DNA from: a virus
Taxonomy: Duplodnaviria > Caudoviricetes
Length of the DNA: 33,597 bases
Strand: one strand, 5' to 3'
IMG/VR virus record: IMGVR_UViG_3300044491_000588
Span: 1-33,597 of that record
Part shown: positions 9,820 to 18,351 of the stretch, in pieces
How positions within the stretch are numbered: the first letter of the stretch is position 1
How the letters are laid out: each line of letters opens with the position of its first letter
Notes under the pieces: model-generated
Told to the model about the DNA's origin: nothing
The model's database searches: none
What the model saw: only the letters and a program-made list of their open reading frames with translations
Position numbers and translations under genes: made by a program

Positions 9820-10221
9820 ATGGCACACTACGCATTACTAAACTATCAAAACATAGTTACTAAAGTTTGCACAGGCAAAAATGAGGATGAAACCGATACC
9901 AATATAGAATTGGTTTATCAGCATATGTTTGGACAATTATGTAAACGCACCTCTTATAATACAAGAGGCGGAGTACATTACGATCCTGTAACAAATGAGC
10001 CTAGTGCGGACCAGTCAAAAGCATTTAGAAAAAACTATGCTGGAGTAGGTTATACCTATGATCATAGCAGAGATGCTTTTATTCCGCCAAAACCATTTGA
10101 TAGCTGGCAATTAAATGAGTCTAGCTGTTTATGGGCGGCTCCTGTAGAGTATCCAGATGATGGGGAAATGTATACCTGGAATGAGGATACTACTAGCTGG
10201 GATTTGGTTACTGAGGATTAA
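9820..10221 (+). CDS. Conserved phage protein associated with glycine-rich genes
   Basis: 133 aa; MAHYA...RTSYNT...FRKNYAGVGYTYD..RDAFIPPKP..SW motif, which I recognise as common in aquatic phages; function unknown. Confidence 0.7.
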   Translation: MAHYALLNYQNIVTKVCTGKNEDETDTNIELVYQHMFGQLCKRTSYNTRGGVHYDPVTNEPSADQSKAFRKNYAGVGYTYDHSRDAFIPPKPFDSWQLNESSCLWAAPVEYPDDGEMYTWNEDTTSWDLVTED

Positions 10222-10238
10222 TATTTAAAAAATAAATA

Positions 10239-11519
10239 ATGGCGTTTACAAAGGCAACATATGACTACTTAGACTCTGGAGGGTTAATTAACTGGCAACT
10301 TACTGCCAAAACTTCTGCATTTACAGCTGTAAGTGGAGAGGGGTATTTGGTGGATACTAGCTCTGCTGCTATCACAGTAACTCTACCAACCTCGCCTAGT
10401 GCTGGGGATGAGATTATCATAGTAGATTACGCCTCAAATGCTGGAACTAATAACATTACACTAGATCCTGGAACGCTAAACCTTAGAGGTGCTACTGATG
10501 ATTTAGTACTTTCTACAAATAACCAAACCGCTAGGCTATTATATTCTGGCGCTACTAAAGGCTGGTTAGTTACTACTGAGGCTAGTGGAGCTGCTGCTGC
10601 TCCTGCTCCTGCTTTAACAGTTGATTATTTAGTAGTCGCTGGAGGTGGCTCTGGTGGTGGAACTTATTTGGGTCCAGGAGGAGGAGCTGGTGGTTTGAGA
10701 ACAAGTTACACTAATTCATCATCTTTAAATGGACATAATGAAACAGCTTTATCTTTAAGCGCATCAACAAATTACAAAATTTCAGTCGGTGCTGGTGGTG
10801 CTGGCACTTTTCATACTGGCGGGGGTGAAAATGCAGCTGGTAATAATGGCACAGATAGTAAATTTGGAATTATAGGTAGTGAGATAATTTCTACTGCTGG
10901 CGGAGGTGCTGGAGCATATAATGGTGGCAATAATCCAGGAAAAAGTGGAGGATCTGGAGGAGGAGCTGCTTATAATAATGGAGCTGTAGGTGCTGCTGTA
11001 ACGTCACCTGTAACTCAAGGTTATGCTGGTGGTGGTAATGGAGGTCCTAATACTTATCATGGTGGTGGAGGTGGTGGAGCTAATGGCGCTGGCGCTTCTA
11101 CTGGAGTTGGTGGTGCTGGTTTAGCTGTAAATATTTTAAGTTCTGCAAACGCTGCAACTCAATCAGTAGGTGAGGTGTCTGGATCAAATGTTTATTATGC
11201 TGGTGGAGGCGGTGGAGCTGGAGTTTCATTTGGTGCCGCTGGAGGCATTGGAGGAGGCGGAGATGGAGTTACAGCTCAAGGGGATGCTGGAATTCCAAAC
11301 ACTGGAGGTGGTGGTGGAGGATCTGAGCGAAATAACCCAGGCTCTCAATTTTTTTATGGAGGAGCTGGTGGCTCTGGAGTAGTGATAATCCGCTATCCAG
11401 ATGCTTATACAGTATCTGAAACAACTTCATTACAGCTAACATTTAATACCTTTACAGAGGGATCAGACAAAGTAACAGTATTCACTAGTGGTGATGGAAC
11501 TATAGAATTTACAGCATAA
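10239..11519 (+). CDS. Glycine-rich adhesin-like virion protein (paralog 3)
   Basis: 426 aa; same architecture as 8511..9791. Confidence 0.8.
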   Translation: MAFTKATYDYLDSGGLINWQLTAKTSAFTAVSGEGYLVDTSSAAITVTLPTSPSAGDEIIIVDYASNAGTNNITLDPGTLNLRGATDDLVLSTNNQTARLLYSGATKGWLVTTEASGAAAAPAPALTVDYLVVAGGGSGGGTYLGPGGGAGGLRTSYTNSSSLNGHNETALSLSASTNYKISVGAGGAGTFHTGGGENAAGNNGTDSKFGIIGSEIISTAGGGAGAYNGGNNPGKSGGSGGGAAYNNGAVGAAVTSPVTQGYAGGGNGGPNTYHGGGGGGANGAGASTGVGGAGLAVNILSSANAATQSVGEVSGSNVYYAGGGGGAGVSFGAAGGIGGGGDGVTAQGDAGIPNTGGGGGGSERNNPGSQFFYGGAGGSGVVIIRYPDAYTVSETTSLQLTFNTFTEGSDKVTVFTSGDGTIEFTA

Positions 11520-11564
11520 AACATAAATAATAAAATAACTATATTTGTATAAAATTTAAAACTA

Positions 11565-11972
11565 ATGGCTACAACAGGAGTATTCAACGGAACTAACCTA
11601 ATATTAAAGATCGAGGACACAGCTTTAGGTCACACTACTAGCTGCTCATTAACTCTAAACAATGACTTGCCAGAGGCTACTACAAAAGACAGTAGTGGAT
11701 TCCAAGAGGTAATCGCTGGAGTAATGAGTGGAGAGCTTTCTTTTGATGGGTTAGTAGCTTATGATGATACTGCTAATGCTATTGAATTAGCTGACTACTT
11801 ACTAGCTAGAACTCAATTAACTTGCGTTTTTGGAACTGCTGAAACAGGCGATTCTGTTTATACTGCTGAGGGATTCCTTTCTAGTGTAGAAATGAGCGCT
11901 GAAATGGAGTCACCAGTAAGCTACAGCGGTTCGATTACATTGACAGGAGCGATCACTAAGTCGACCAACTAA
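11565..11972 (+). CDS. Major tail (tube) protein
   Basis: 135 aa; NGTNLIL..., EATTKDS.G, GELSFDGL and YSGSITLTG motifs; precedes chaperone and TMP. Confidence 0.85.
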   Translation: MATTGVFNGTNLILKIEDTALGHTTSCSLTLNNDLPEATTKDSSGFQEVIAGVMSGELSFDGLVAYDDTANAIELADYLLARTQLTCVFGTAETGDSVYTAEGFLSSVEMSAEMESPVSYSGSITLTGAITKSTN

Positions 11973-11989
11973 AATAAAGTTACTACATA

Positions 11990-12385
11990 ATGGCAAACAA
12001 GAGGAGAGGGTATTATACCACTAAACTAGGTGGGCGTAATGTTACGCTGCACTTTAGTATGAATTTCTGGGCAAACTTTACAGAAATAATGAACGTGCCA
12101 CTAGATAAAATAGGTGATCTATTTTCTGGTGGCGTTTCTATTTCAGCTATCAGAGCTTTGGTTTATAGTGCTATGTTAGCGCATGACCAGGAGGAGGGTA
12201 ATGAAATAGATTATAATCAATTTAAAGTAGGCGCTTGGCTAGAGGATCTAGGACAGGATGAGCTAGAGAAAATGATCTCAGCTATGATGGAATCTAGAAT
12301 CTTAGGCAATGATCTAAATATGGGAATAGATCGCCAGGCTAAAACTGTAGCCAATACTAAGGGAAAGCAGCAGCCGACTCCCTAA
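11990..12385 (+). CDS. Tail assembly chaperone (lambda gpG analogue)
   Basis: Lies between tube and TMP; slippery heptamer G GGA AAG at 12361-12367. Confidence 0.85.
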   Translation: MANKRRGYYTTKLGGRNVTLHFSMNFWANFTEIMNVPLDKIGDLFSGGVSISAIRALVYSAMLAHDQEEGNEIDYNQFKVGAWLEDLGQDELEKMISAMMESRILGNDLNMGIDRQAKTVANTKGKQQPTP

Positions 12386-12702
12386 CCTGGGATGACATTG
12401 AGGATTATTATATAGGGCAAGTCGGCATTGATCCAGATAAGTTTTGGATATACACCTGGAGAGAAAATCAAATGCTAGGCGAGTCATATATGATAAAACA
12501 AAATCTGGAATGGGAGCGCATTAGGTATCTATCTACAATGATACATAATGTAAATTGTCAAAAGCGCCAGCAAATGATAAAACCAGAGAAACTATTCCCA
12601 TTGCCACAGGATAAATTTAACAAGGCGCAAAAACCTAAAGGCACTAAAGAGGACTATCAATCATTTAAAGAGAAAGCTATAGCAGCTGGCGTTAAATTCT
12701 AA
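11990..12702 (+). CDS. Tail assembly chaperone, -1 frameshift product (gpGT analogue, ~237 aa)
   Basis: The -1 frame is open from 12361 (GKAAADSLTWDDIEDYYIGQVGIDPDKFWIYTWRENQMLGES...) to the stop at 12702. Confidence 0.85.
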
Positions 12703-12715
12703 CGCCTTTTTTTTT
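12688..12715 (+). terminator. Intrinsic terminator
   Basis: GGCGTTA-aattc-TAACGCC followed by T9. Confidence 0.75.
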
Positions 12716-12729
12716 AGTATTTTTGTACT

Positions 12730-14775
12730 ATGGCAGAGCAAAGATTAAAAGTAAATATAATAGGGGATGCTAGTAAGCTGTCACAGGCTTTAAATACAGC
12801 ATCTGGTAAACTAGAAAAATTTGGATCAAAGGTTTCTGGTATTGGCAAAACATTAACCACTAGGCTAACTCTACCTCTAGGAATTGCTGGAGGAGCGGCT
12901 ATTAAAATGGCATCTGACTTTGAGGAGTCATTAAATAAAGTTAATGTAGCTTTTGGAGAGGCATCTGGTACTGTTAGAGAATTTGCTAAAACTACTTTAC
13001 AGCAGTTTGGTATCGCCCAGGGAACTGCTTTAGATATGGCAGCTCTATTTGGTGATATGTCAACTTCTATGGGATTATCTGTAGATGCTGCTGCTGATTT
13101 ATCTACTTCTTTAGTAGGACTTGCTGGGGATCTCGCCTCCTTTAAAAATATGAACATTAAGGAGGTTACTACAGCACTTGCTGGCGTATTTACTGGAGAA
13201 ACAGAATCTCTAAAACGTTTAGGTATTGTAATGACTCAAGTCAATTTGGAGCAGTTTGCTATGGAGCAAGGCATCAAAAAGACTATAAAAGAAATGAGCC
13301 AAGCTGAGAAAGTACAGCTGAGGTATCAATTCGTAATGTCAAAGACTGCTAACGCCCAAGGTGATTTTGCTAGAACTTCTGATGGCGCTGCAAACCAGAT
13401 GCGAATTTTCCAGGAGTCTATGAAAGAATTAGGCGCTAGTTTTGGAGCTGTTATTTTACCAGCTTTTACTAACCTAGTAAAAAAGGCGAACACTGTACTT
13501 TTAAAATTCAGAGATTTAGATGAGGGTACTAAAAAAACAATAATGATTCTTGGCGGTATTGCCGCTGCCATTGGACCAGTTTTAGTAGTATTAGGATCAA
13601 TGTCCTCTGGAATAGGATTAGTAGCCTCTGGCTTTGCTACTGCTTTACCTATAATTATTAAAGTAGTATCAGCTTTTAAAAATTTAACTATTGCAATGCT
13701 AGCTAATCCAGTTGGCGCTATTGCTGCTGCTGTAGTAACATTGGTAGCTGGTTTTGTAGAGTATCTACATAGACTAGAGCCAGCTGTAAGTAGAACAAAA
13801 ACATTTTTTAACTTATTAAAGTCATTAGGTAATCCTTTAAAATTTGCTGCTTTACAGGCAGAGGATGCCGCTGAGGCATTAGCACAAAAGAAAAAAGATG
13901 CTGAGGCAGCTGCCAAAGCAGATGCAGAATTAAAAGCATCTTTAGAAAATTTAGTCAAACCATTACAAACAGCGACTAGAGAAACAGAAAATTTAGGCAC
14001 AGCTCTTAGAAATGTTAAAAGAGTTTCAGCAATATCATTAACAGTTGAAAAAGGCGATTTTAATGCTGCTACAGGAGAGTTTGCTGGAGGTGATATAGCT
14101 GTAGGCGCTCAACAATTACAAACGGATGGACTGAGTGGTATTAGTGCGCCAGATCCAGGAGCTGTAGATGCTGGAGTAAAAGGGTTATTAGCAATGCAGC
14201 AGCAAGCTCAACAGACAGCTATAGCATTAGATAACCTAGCTGCTAAAAATGAGAGATTGAAAGAGCTTGGCGATATGATAGGCGGAGAAGTAGCAAACGC
14301 TTTCTATTCATTTGGAGAGGCTGCTATAGGCGCTTTAGGATTAGCTGAGAATGGTTTTGGTAGATTTTTGAGCGGAATGGCTAGCACAGTATTACAACTC
14401 ATATCTATGTTTTTGGCGCAATCTATTGCCCAGGCTGTAGCTGGAGCAAGTGCCTCAGCTACTGCAACTGGTCCAGCCGCCATTGTAACACAGCCAGCAT
14501 TTATAGCAACTGCTGTAGGTGGTATATTATCAGCATTTGCAGCTATTCCAAAATTTGCAAATGGTGGAATCGTATCTGGTCCGACTCTTGGACTCATGGG
14601 AGAGTACCCTGGCAGTAAATCAAATCCAGAGGTGATAGCTCCACTAGACAAACTCCAGGGAATGATGGGACAAAGAAATCAAAATGTAAACGTAGGCGGA
14701 GAGTTTAAAATAAACGGACAGGATTTAGTAGTAGCGCTACAAAGAGCTGATAGAAATCGTAGCAGAATAAAATAA
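12730..14775 (+). CDS. Tape measure protein
   Basis: 681 aa, Ala-rich and helical; GDLASFKN, GETESLKRLGI, GDFART motifs; C-terminal KFANGGIVSGPTLGLMGEY. Confidence 0.92.
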   Translation: MAEQRLKVNIIGDASKLSQALNTASGKLEKFGSKVSGIGKTLTTRLTLPLGIAGGAAIKMASDFEESLNKVNVAFGEASGTVREFAKTTLQQFGIAQGTALDMAALFGDMSTSMGLSVDAAADLSTSLVGLAGDLASFKNMNIKEVTTALAGVFTGETESLKRLGIVMTQVNLEQFAMEQGIKKTIKEMSQAEKVQLRYQFVMSKTANAQGDFARTSDGAANQMRIFQESMKELGASFGAVILPAFTNLVKKANTVLLKFRDLDEGTKKTIMILGGIAAAIGPVLVVLGSMSSGIGLVASGFATALPIIIKVVSAFKNLTIAMLANPVGAIAAAVVTLVAGFVEYLHRLEPAVSRTKTFFNLLKSLGNPLKFAALQAEDAAEALAQKKKDAEAAAKADAELKASLENLVKPLQTATRETENLGTALRNVKRVSAISLTVEKGDFNAATGEFAGGDIAVGAQQLQTDGLSGISAPDPGAVDAGVKGLLAMQQQAQQTAIALDNLAAKNERLKELGDMIGGEVANAFYSFGEAAIGALGLAENGFGRFLSGMASTVLQLISMFLAQSIAQAVAGASASATATGPAAIVTQPAFIATAVGGILSAFAAIPKFANGGIVSGPTLGLMGEYPGSKSNPEVIAPLDKLQGMMGQRNQNVNVGGEFKINGQDLVVALQRADRNRSRIK

Positions 14776-14779
14776 ATAC

Positions 14780-16870
14780 ATGGCATACGGAGTCAAATTT
14801 AGATTAGAGTTCGCAGATACAAAAGGGAACTATAGAGTCGCTGAGATATTACAAAAGGATTACGATGGCGATATTTTTCCCCTAGTAGGACAGGCAAATC
14901 CAGTAGTAATAAAATGGGAGGGCGATGATGACTTTTATACGCCTATAATAGGCTCAAGCTGTGAACTTAATTTATTTGAAACTGCTGACACTCTTTATGA
15001 TCAATTTTATGCCGCTGGTGAGCGAGAGTATAAAGTAAGGATTTCAACTGGTAGCCTAGACAATGCAGATAAGGTATGGGATACTGAAAACGACCAATGG
15101 GAGCAAGCTAACTATCTCTGGGAGGGATCTGGAGGTACTGGAGGCAGCTCAGAGATATACTGGGAGGGATGGCTACAAGTCGATCAGTACCAGGAAAGCC
15201 TACAGCCATTTCCAAATCCTGTAAAGCTAGTAGCTTATGATGGACTGGGTACGCTAGATGCTTATGATGCGCCCTATTCTAATGCTGCTGATGGCGGATA
15301 TGATTCTAATGAGGATAGTATGTTTTTCTATTTGTATTACATCCTAAATAATTTAGAGTTGAATTTTGACATTTATGTAGCTAATGATATTAGAAAAAAC
15401 ACTGGAAACGCTAATGACACTTTTTATCATGATATAATTTTAAATGAGTTTGGGGTTTATGATAATTTAGATTTTAGAAATGCCAAAGAGGTTTTAGAAT
15501 CTTTTTTAAAGGCTACAAACTCCAGAGTATTTCAGAGTCAAGGGCGCTGGTATATCATCTCAAATAGTAACCTAATAGATACTAATATTAACCAGCAGTT
15601 TAATTTTGATATAGCATTTTCTATAGAGGATCAGCTAGCTACAACTGGAGAGGAAATAATAGAATACAAAGTATTTGATCGCTTAGGTAATTACAGATTC
15701 ACCACTACAGAAAACATACTTTTAAAAGCGCCTACAGATCTGAAACCTATTGGCGCTGATTTTTATAAAGAATATTTAAAACCCTATCACCAGGTAAAAT
15801 ATGATGTCAAGCTGTCAAATGAGAGAATATTAAACTTAAATCCACAGCTTTTATATGATGATCATGATTATACTTTAGGCGCAAACACTTCTATAAATAC
15901 AAATGAGGATTATGTTTTAGTAGGAAACAAGTCTATAAAAACTACTGTACATGGTAAAAATATAGATTTTGATGATCCCTATGAAGTTATTATTAATACA
16001 GTTACAACTGATGAGAGTAAAAAATTAAAAGTAGGTTTTTCTTTTTTAGTTGATCCAGATTATACTTTAACTAATTTCTCGGATGTATGGGAGTACGAGA
16101 TAGCTGTTATTGTTTATGCCTATGATGCGAATAATGATTTAATTTATTATAACTGGAAAACTGGTGAATGGCAAACAGGAACTGGTATCGGAGCAATTAA
16201 TCAGAAAAACAGACATAAACTACCACAATTTAAAAAGGTAGGGACATGGCAAAATGTAGAGCTAGAGTTAAATGCTTATGAGGAGGTCGAGGGTGATTTA
16301 GATGTTACTTTAAACATACACTATCCTAGATTTACTACCTATCCAGATCCTAGTCAGAGTCTAATAAACGCTACATATTTTGATAAAATATTTATTTCTG
16401 AGGTAAATGAAAACGCCAGCGAAATGATAGTATCAAATACCCAAAATGTAGTAAATACTCAAACTGCTGTATATGAAGTTAAAGATATATATATATCAAA
16501 CTACTTAGGATCTGATGCCTCACAAAGTGGATACGATGGCTTTTTTAAACGCTCAAGAGATTTTGCTCTTTTAGCATCTGATTATCCTACAGTCGATAAT
16601 ATTATATCACAGGAAATATTAAATGACTTTAGAGATTTTGTCAAACGCTATGAGGGTACTTTTTATAATCTAAAATCTGAGCCTATTCCTGTAGCGCCTC
16701 ACAATAAAGTCTGGATTGATTTTGGATCTGGTACATTTAGAGAGGGCGCTAGTTGTTACATAGATTCTATGAGATACGATGTAAAGGCTAATGAATATGA
16801 GCTGAGTATGCACGTGCCAAACCAGACTAATGATGTTACCTCTACATTTGCAGTAAAATTAAAGAAATAA
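14780..16870 (+). CDS. Tail tip / baseplate hub-like structural protein
   Basis: 696 aa, acidic and aromatic-rich; directly after the TMP and last gene of the tail block. Confidence 0.65.
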   Translation: MAYGVKFRLEFADTKGNYRVAEILQKDYDGDIFPLVGQANPVVIKWEGDDDFYTPIIGSSCELNLFETADTLYDQFYAAGEREYKVRISTGSLDNADKVWDTENDQWEQANYLWEGSGGTGGSSEIYWEGWLQVDQYQESLQPFPNPVKLVAYDGLGTLDAYDAPYSNAADGGYDSNEDSMFFYLYYILNNLELNFDIYVANDIRKNTGNANDTFYHDIILNEFGVYDNLDFRNAKEVLESFLKATNSRVFQSQGRWYIISNSNLIDTNINQQFNFDIAFSIEDQLATTGEEIIEYKVFDRLGNYRFTTTENILLKAPTDLKPIGADFYKEYLKPYHQVKYDVKLSNERILNLNPQLLYDDHDYTLGANTSINTNEDYVLVGNKSIKTTVHGKNIDFDDPYEVIINTVTTDESKKLKVGFSFLVDPDYTLTNFSDVWEYEIAVIVYAYDANNDLIYYNWKTGEWQTGTGIGAINQKNRHKLPQFKKVGTWQNVELELNAYEEVEGDLDVTLNIHYPRFTTYPDPSQSLINATYFDKIFISEVNENASEMIVSNTQNVVNTQTAVYEVKDIYISNYLGSDASQSGYDGFFKRSRDFALLASDYPTVDNIISQEILNDFRDFVKRYEGTFYNLKSEPIPVAPHNKVWIDFGSGTFREGASCYIDSMRYDVKANEYELSMHVPNQTNDVTSTFAVKLKK

Positions 16871-16898
16871 CAGTTTAAACAATCCCTTTTGTTTGCTG

Positions 16899-16937
16899 AT
16901 CCCCAGGATAGTTTCGACTTGAATGGGGATTTTTTTT
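16899..16937 (+). terminator. Intrinsic terminator at end of tail block
   Basis: ATCCCCA...TGGGGAT stem followed by a T-run. Confidence 0.7.
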
Positions 16938-16945
16938 AAAAAATA

Positions 16946-16990
16946 ATTGTAAAAATATTTGCAGATTGTAAAAATATTTATACTTTTACA
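16946..16990 (+). promoter_or_regulatory. Bacteroidota-type promoter with overlapping repeats (putative operator)
   Basis: TTTG 16958-16961, 19-nt spacer, TACTTTTA 16981-16988; ATTGTAAAAATATTT at 16946 and 16965; inverted TTTTACA at 16984. Confidence 0.7.
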
Positions 16991-17018
16991 AAAACAAACA
17001 AACAAACACTTAGAAATT

Positions 17019-17270
17019 ATGAGTAATATAGTAAAAGAAACAAACGAGGGAATCCAAAGAGGTATTGAAATGCAAAAGCGTTTCACTGGTAGAAACTCTA
17101 AAAGCGAATTGCAAGCAAGGTATAACCTTATTGAGTGGGATATTAAAAGAATTGAGTCTAAAATAAAAGACAAAAATCTAAATAATGAGGATTACAAAAA
17201 ACAGCTTTTTAAAGATATCATTGAATTACAATCAGAGCAAATAAGAGTCTTAGAAAAGTTAATTAAATAA
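17019..17270 (+). CDS. Hypothetical coiled-coil protein (83 aa), probable early gene
   Basis: ATG at 17019 after a CAAA-rich leader; flanked by promoter and terminator. Confidence 0.7.
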   Translation: MSNIVKETNEGIQRGIEMQKRFTGRNSKSELQARYNLIEWDIKRIESKIKDKNLNNEDYKKQLFKDIIELQSEQIRVLEKLIK

Positions 17271-17276
17271 TAACCC

Positions 17277-17303
17277 AGGGGAGGCAACTCCCCTATTTTT
17301 TTT
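17277..17303 (+). terminator. Intrinsic terminator
   Basis: AGGGGAG-gcaa-CTCCCCT followed by A and T8. Confidence 0.8.
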
Positions 17304-17307
17304 ATAT

Positions 17308-17499
17308 ATGAATAAACTTGAAATAGAATTTATGAACGAGATAAAACGCCTAGGACTTAGGAGGTTAGATGTTACAGATCATTTAGGTATAACCTATTAC
17401 ACTCTGAGATCTAAACTACAGGATCCTGGGCGCTTTACCTATGCGGAGCTGGTTAAGCTCAAAGAATTAAAATTAAACTTAAATAACCTAGAACTATGA
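17308..17499 (+). CDS. Small HTH (Cro-like) DNA-binding protein
   Basis: 63 aa; LRRLDVTDHLGITYYTLRSKL...FT..EL..L matches the Cro/XRE-type pattern. Confidence 0.65.
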   Translation: MNKLEIEFMNEIKRLGLRRLDVTDHLGITYYTLRSKLQDPGRFTYAELVKLKELKLNLNNLEL

Positions 17500-17999
17500 A
17501 AACAATTAACATTAAGGGCAAAGAGTATGTCCAGGTTCACGAAAGAGTGAAATTTTTCCAATCTCAAAAAAAATATGAGAAATGGGGAATCGAAACTATT
17601 AAAATTAAAGATGAGGTATGTCAAGTTAAAAAAGATCGCCTAATACAGTTTAGAGCTGTAATCTTTGATGAGAGTAAAATGATCAGAGCCACTGGTCACG
17701 CTGAGGAGTATATGGGCAGCAGCTACATAAACAAAACATCCTTTATAGAAAATTGTGAAACCTCAGCAATAGGTAGAGCATTAGGATTGTTGGGTATTGG
17801 TATAAATAGCTCAATAGATACAGCTGACACTATTAAAAATGCTATAGAAAATCAAGAGGAGGATAATAGACCTTGGCTAAAAGAAACGGAATTACAACAA
17901 ACTTTAAAAGGCACTAAAGCACAGGCGGAAAAGGTACTCGCTGCCTACAAAATGAAAAACGAGTACAAAGATCAAATAACTAATAAATTTAAAATTTAA
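17496..17999 (+). CDS. Putative ssDNA-annealing protein (Sak/Rad52-like)
   Basis: GKEYVQVHERV and ENCETSAIGRAL..LGIG motifs; adjacent to SSB and RecE-like nuclease. Confidence 0.5.
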   Translation: MKTINIKGKEYVQVHERVKFFQSQKKYEKWGIETIKIKDEVCQVKKDRLIQFRAVIFDESKMIRATGHAEEYMGSSYINKTSFIENCETSAIGRALGLLGIGINSSIDTADTIKNAIENQEEDNRPWLKETELQQTLKGTKAQAEKVLAAYKMKNEYKDQITNKFKI

Positions 18000-18003
18000 G
18001 ATT

Positions 18004-18345
18004 ATGGAGATTACAGGTAGAATTAAATCTATTGGAAAGACTAATAATGTTTCTGATAGTTTTCGTAAAAGAGAAATTATTATTACAACAAACGAGCAAT
18101 ATCCTCAGCATCTTTTGCTAGAATTTGCACAAGACAAATGCGAAGTTTTAGATGGCTACAAAGTAGGACAGGATGTAGAAATAGGTATAAACCTAAGAGG
18201 TAGAGAGTGGGTAAATCCAGAGGGAGTTACTAAATATTTTAACACCATTCAAGGCTGGAAAATTAAAGAATTAGATGGATCTGGTGAGGAAACAGTTGTT
18301 AAGCAAGTCAATCCTGTAGCACAGGATGATGATTTGCCATTTTAA
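18004..18345 (+). CDS. Single-stranded DNA-binding protein (DUF3127-type)
   Basis: FRKREII, EQYPQ, INLRGREW and YFNTIQGWKI motifs; acidic C-tail DDDLPF. Confidence 0.88.
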   Translation: MEITGRIKSIGKTNNVSDSFRKREIIITTNEQYPQHLLLEFAQDKCEVLDGYKVGQDVEIGINLRGREWVNPEGVTKYFNTIQGWKIKELDGSGEETVVKQVNPVAQDDDLPF

Positions 18346-18351
18346 TTAACC

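Noticed and set aside
5742-11519. Diversity-generating retroelement or invertase shufflon acting on the adhesins
   Set aside because: No reverse transcriptase or site-specific recombinase gene, no adenine-specific TR/VR pair, and all copies are full genes in the same orientation.
12472-12702. Independent 76-aa gene
   Set aside because: Better explained as the tail of the -1 frameshift product.
12714-14651. Long minus-strand ORFs (147, 224 and 115 aa) and the other minus-strand ORFs in the track
   Set aside because: All are antisense shadows of well-supported + strand genes or regions, with no recognisable motifs or start signals.
16899-16937. tRNA fragment (GTTTCGA resembles a T-loop)
   Set aside because: No cloverleaf; the stem plus T-run fits a terminator.
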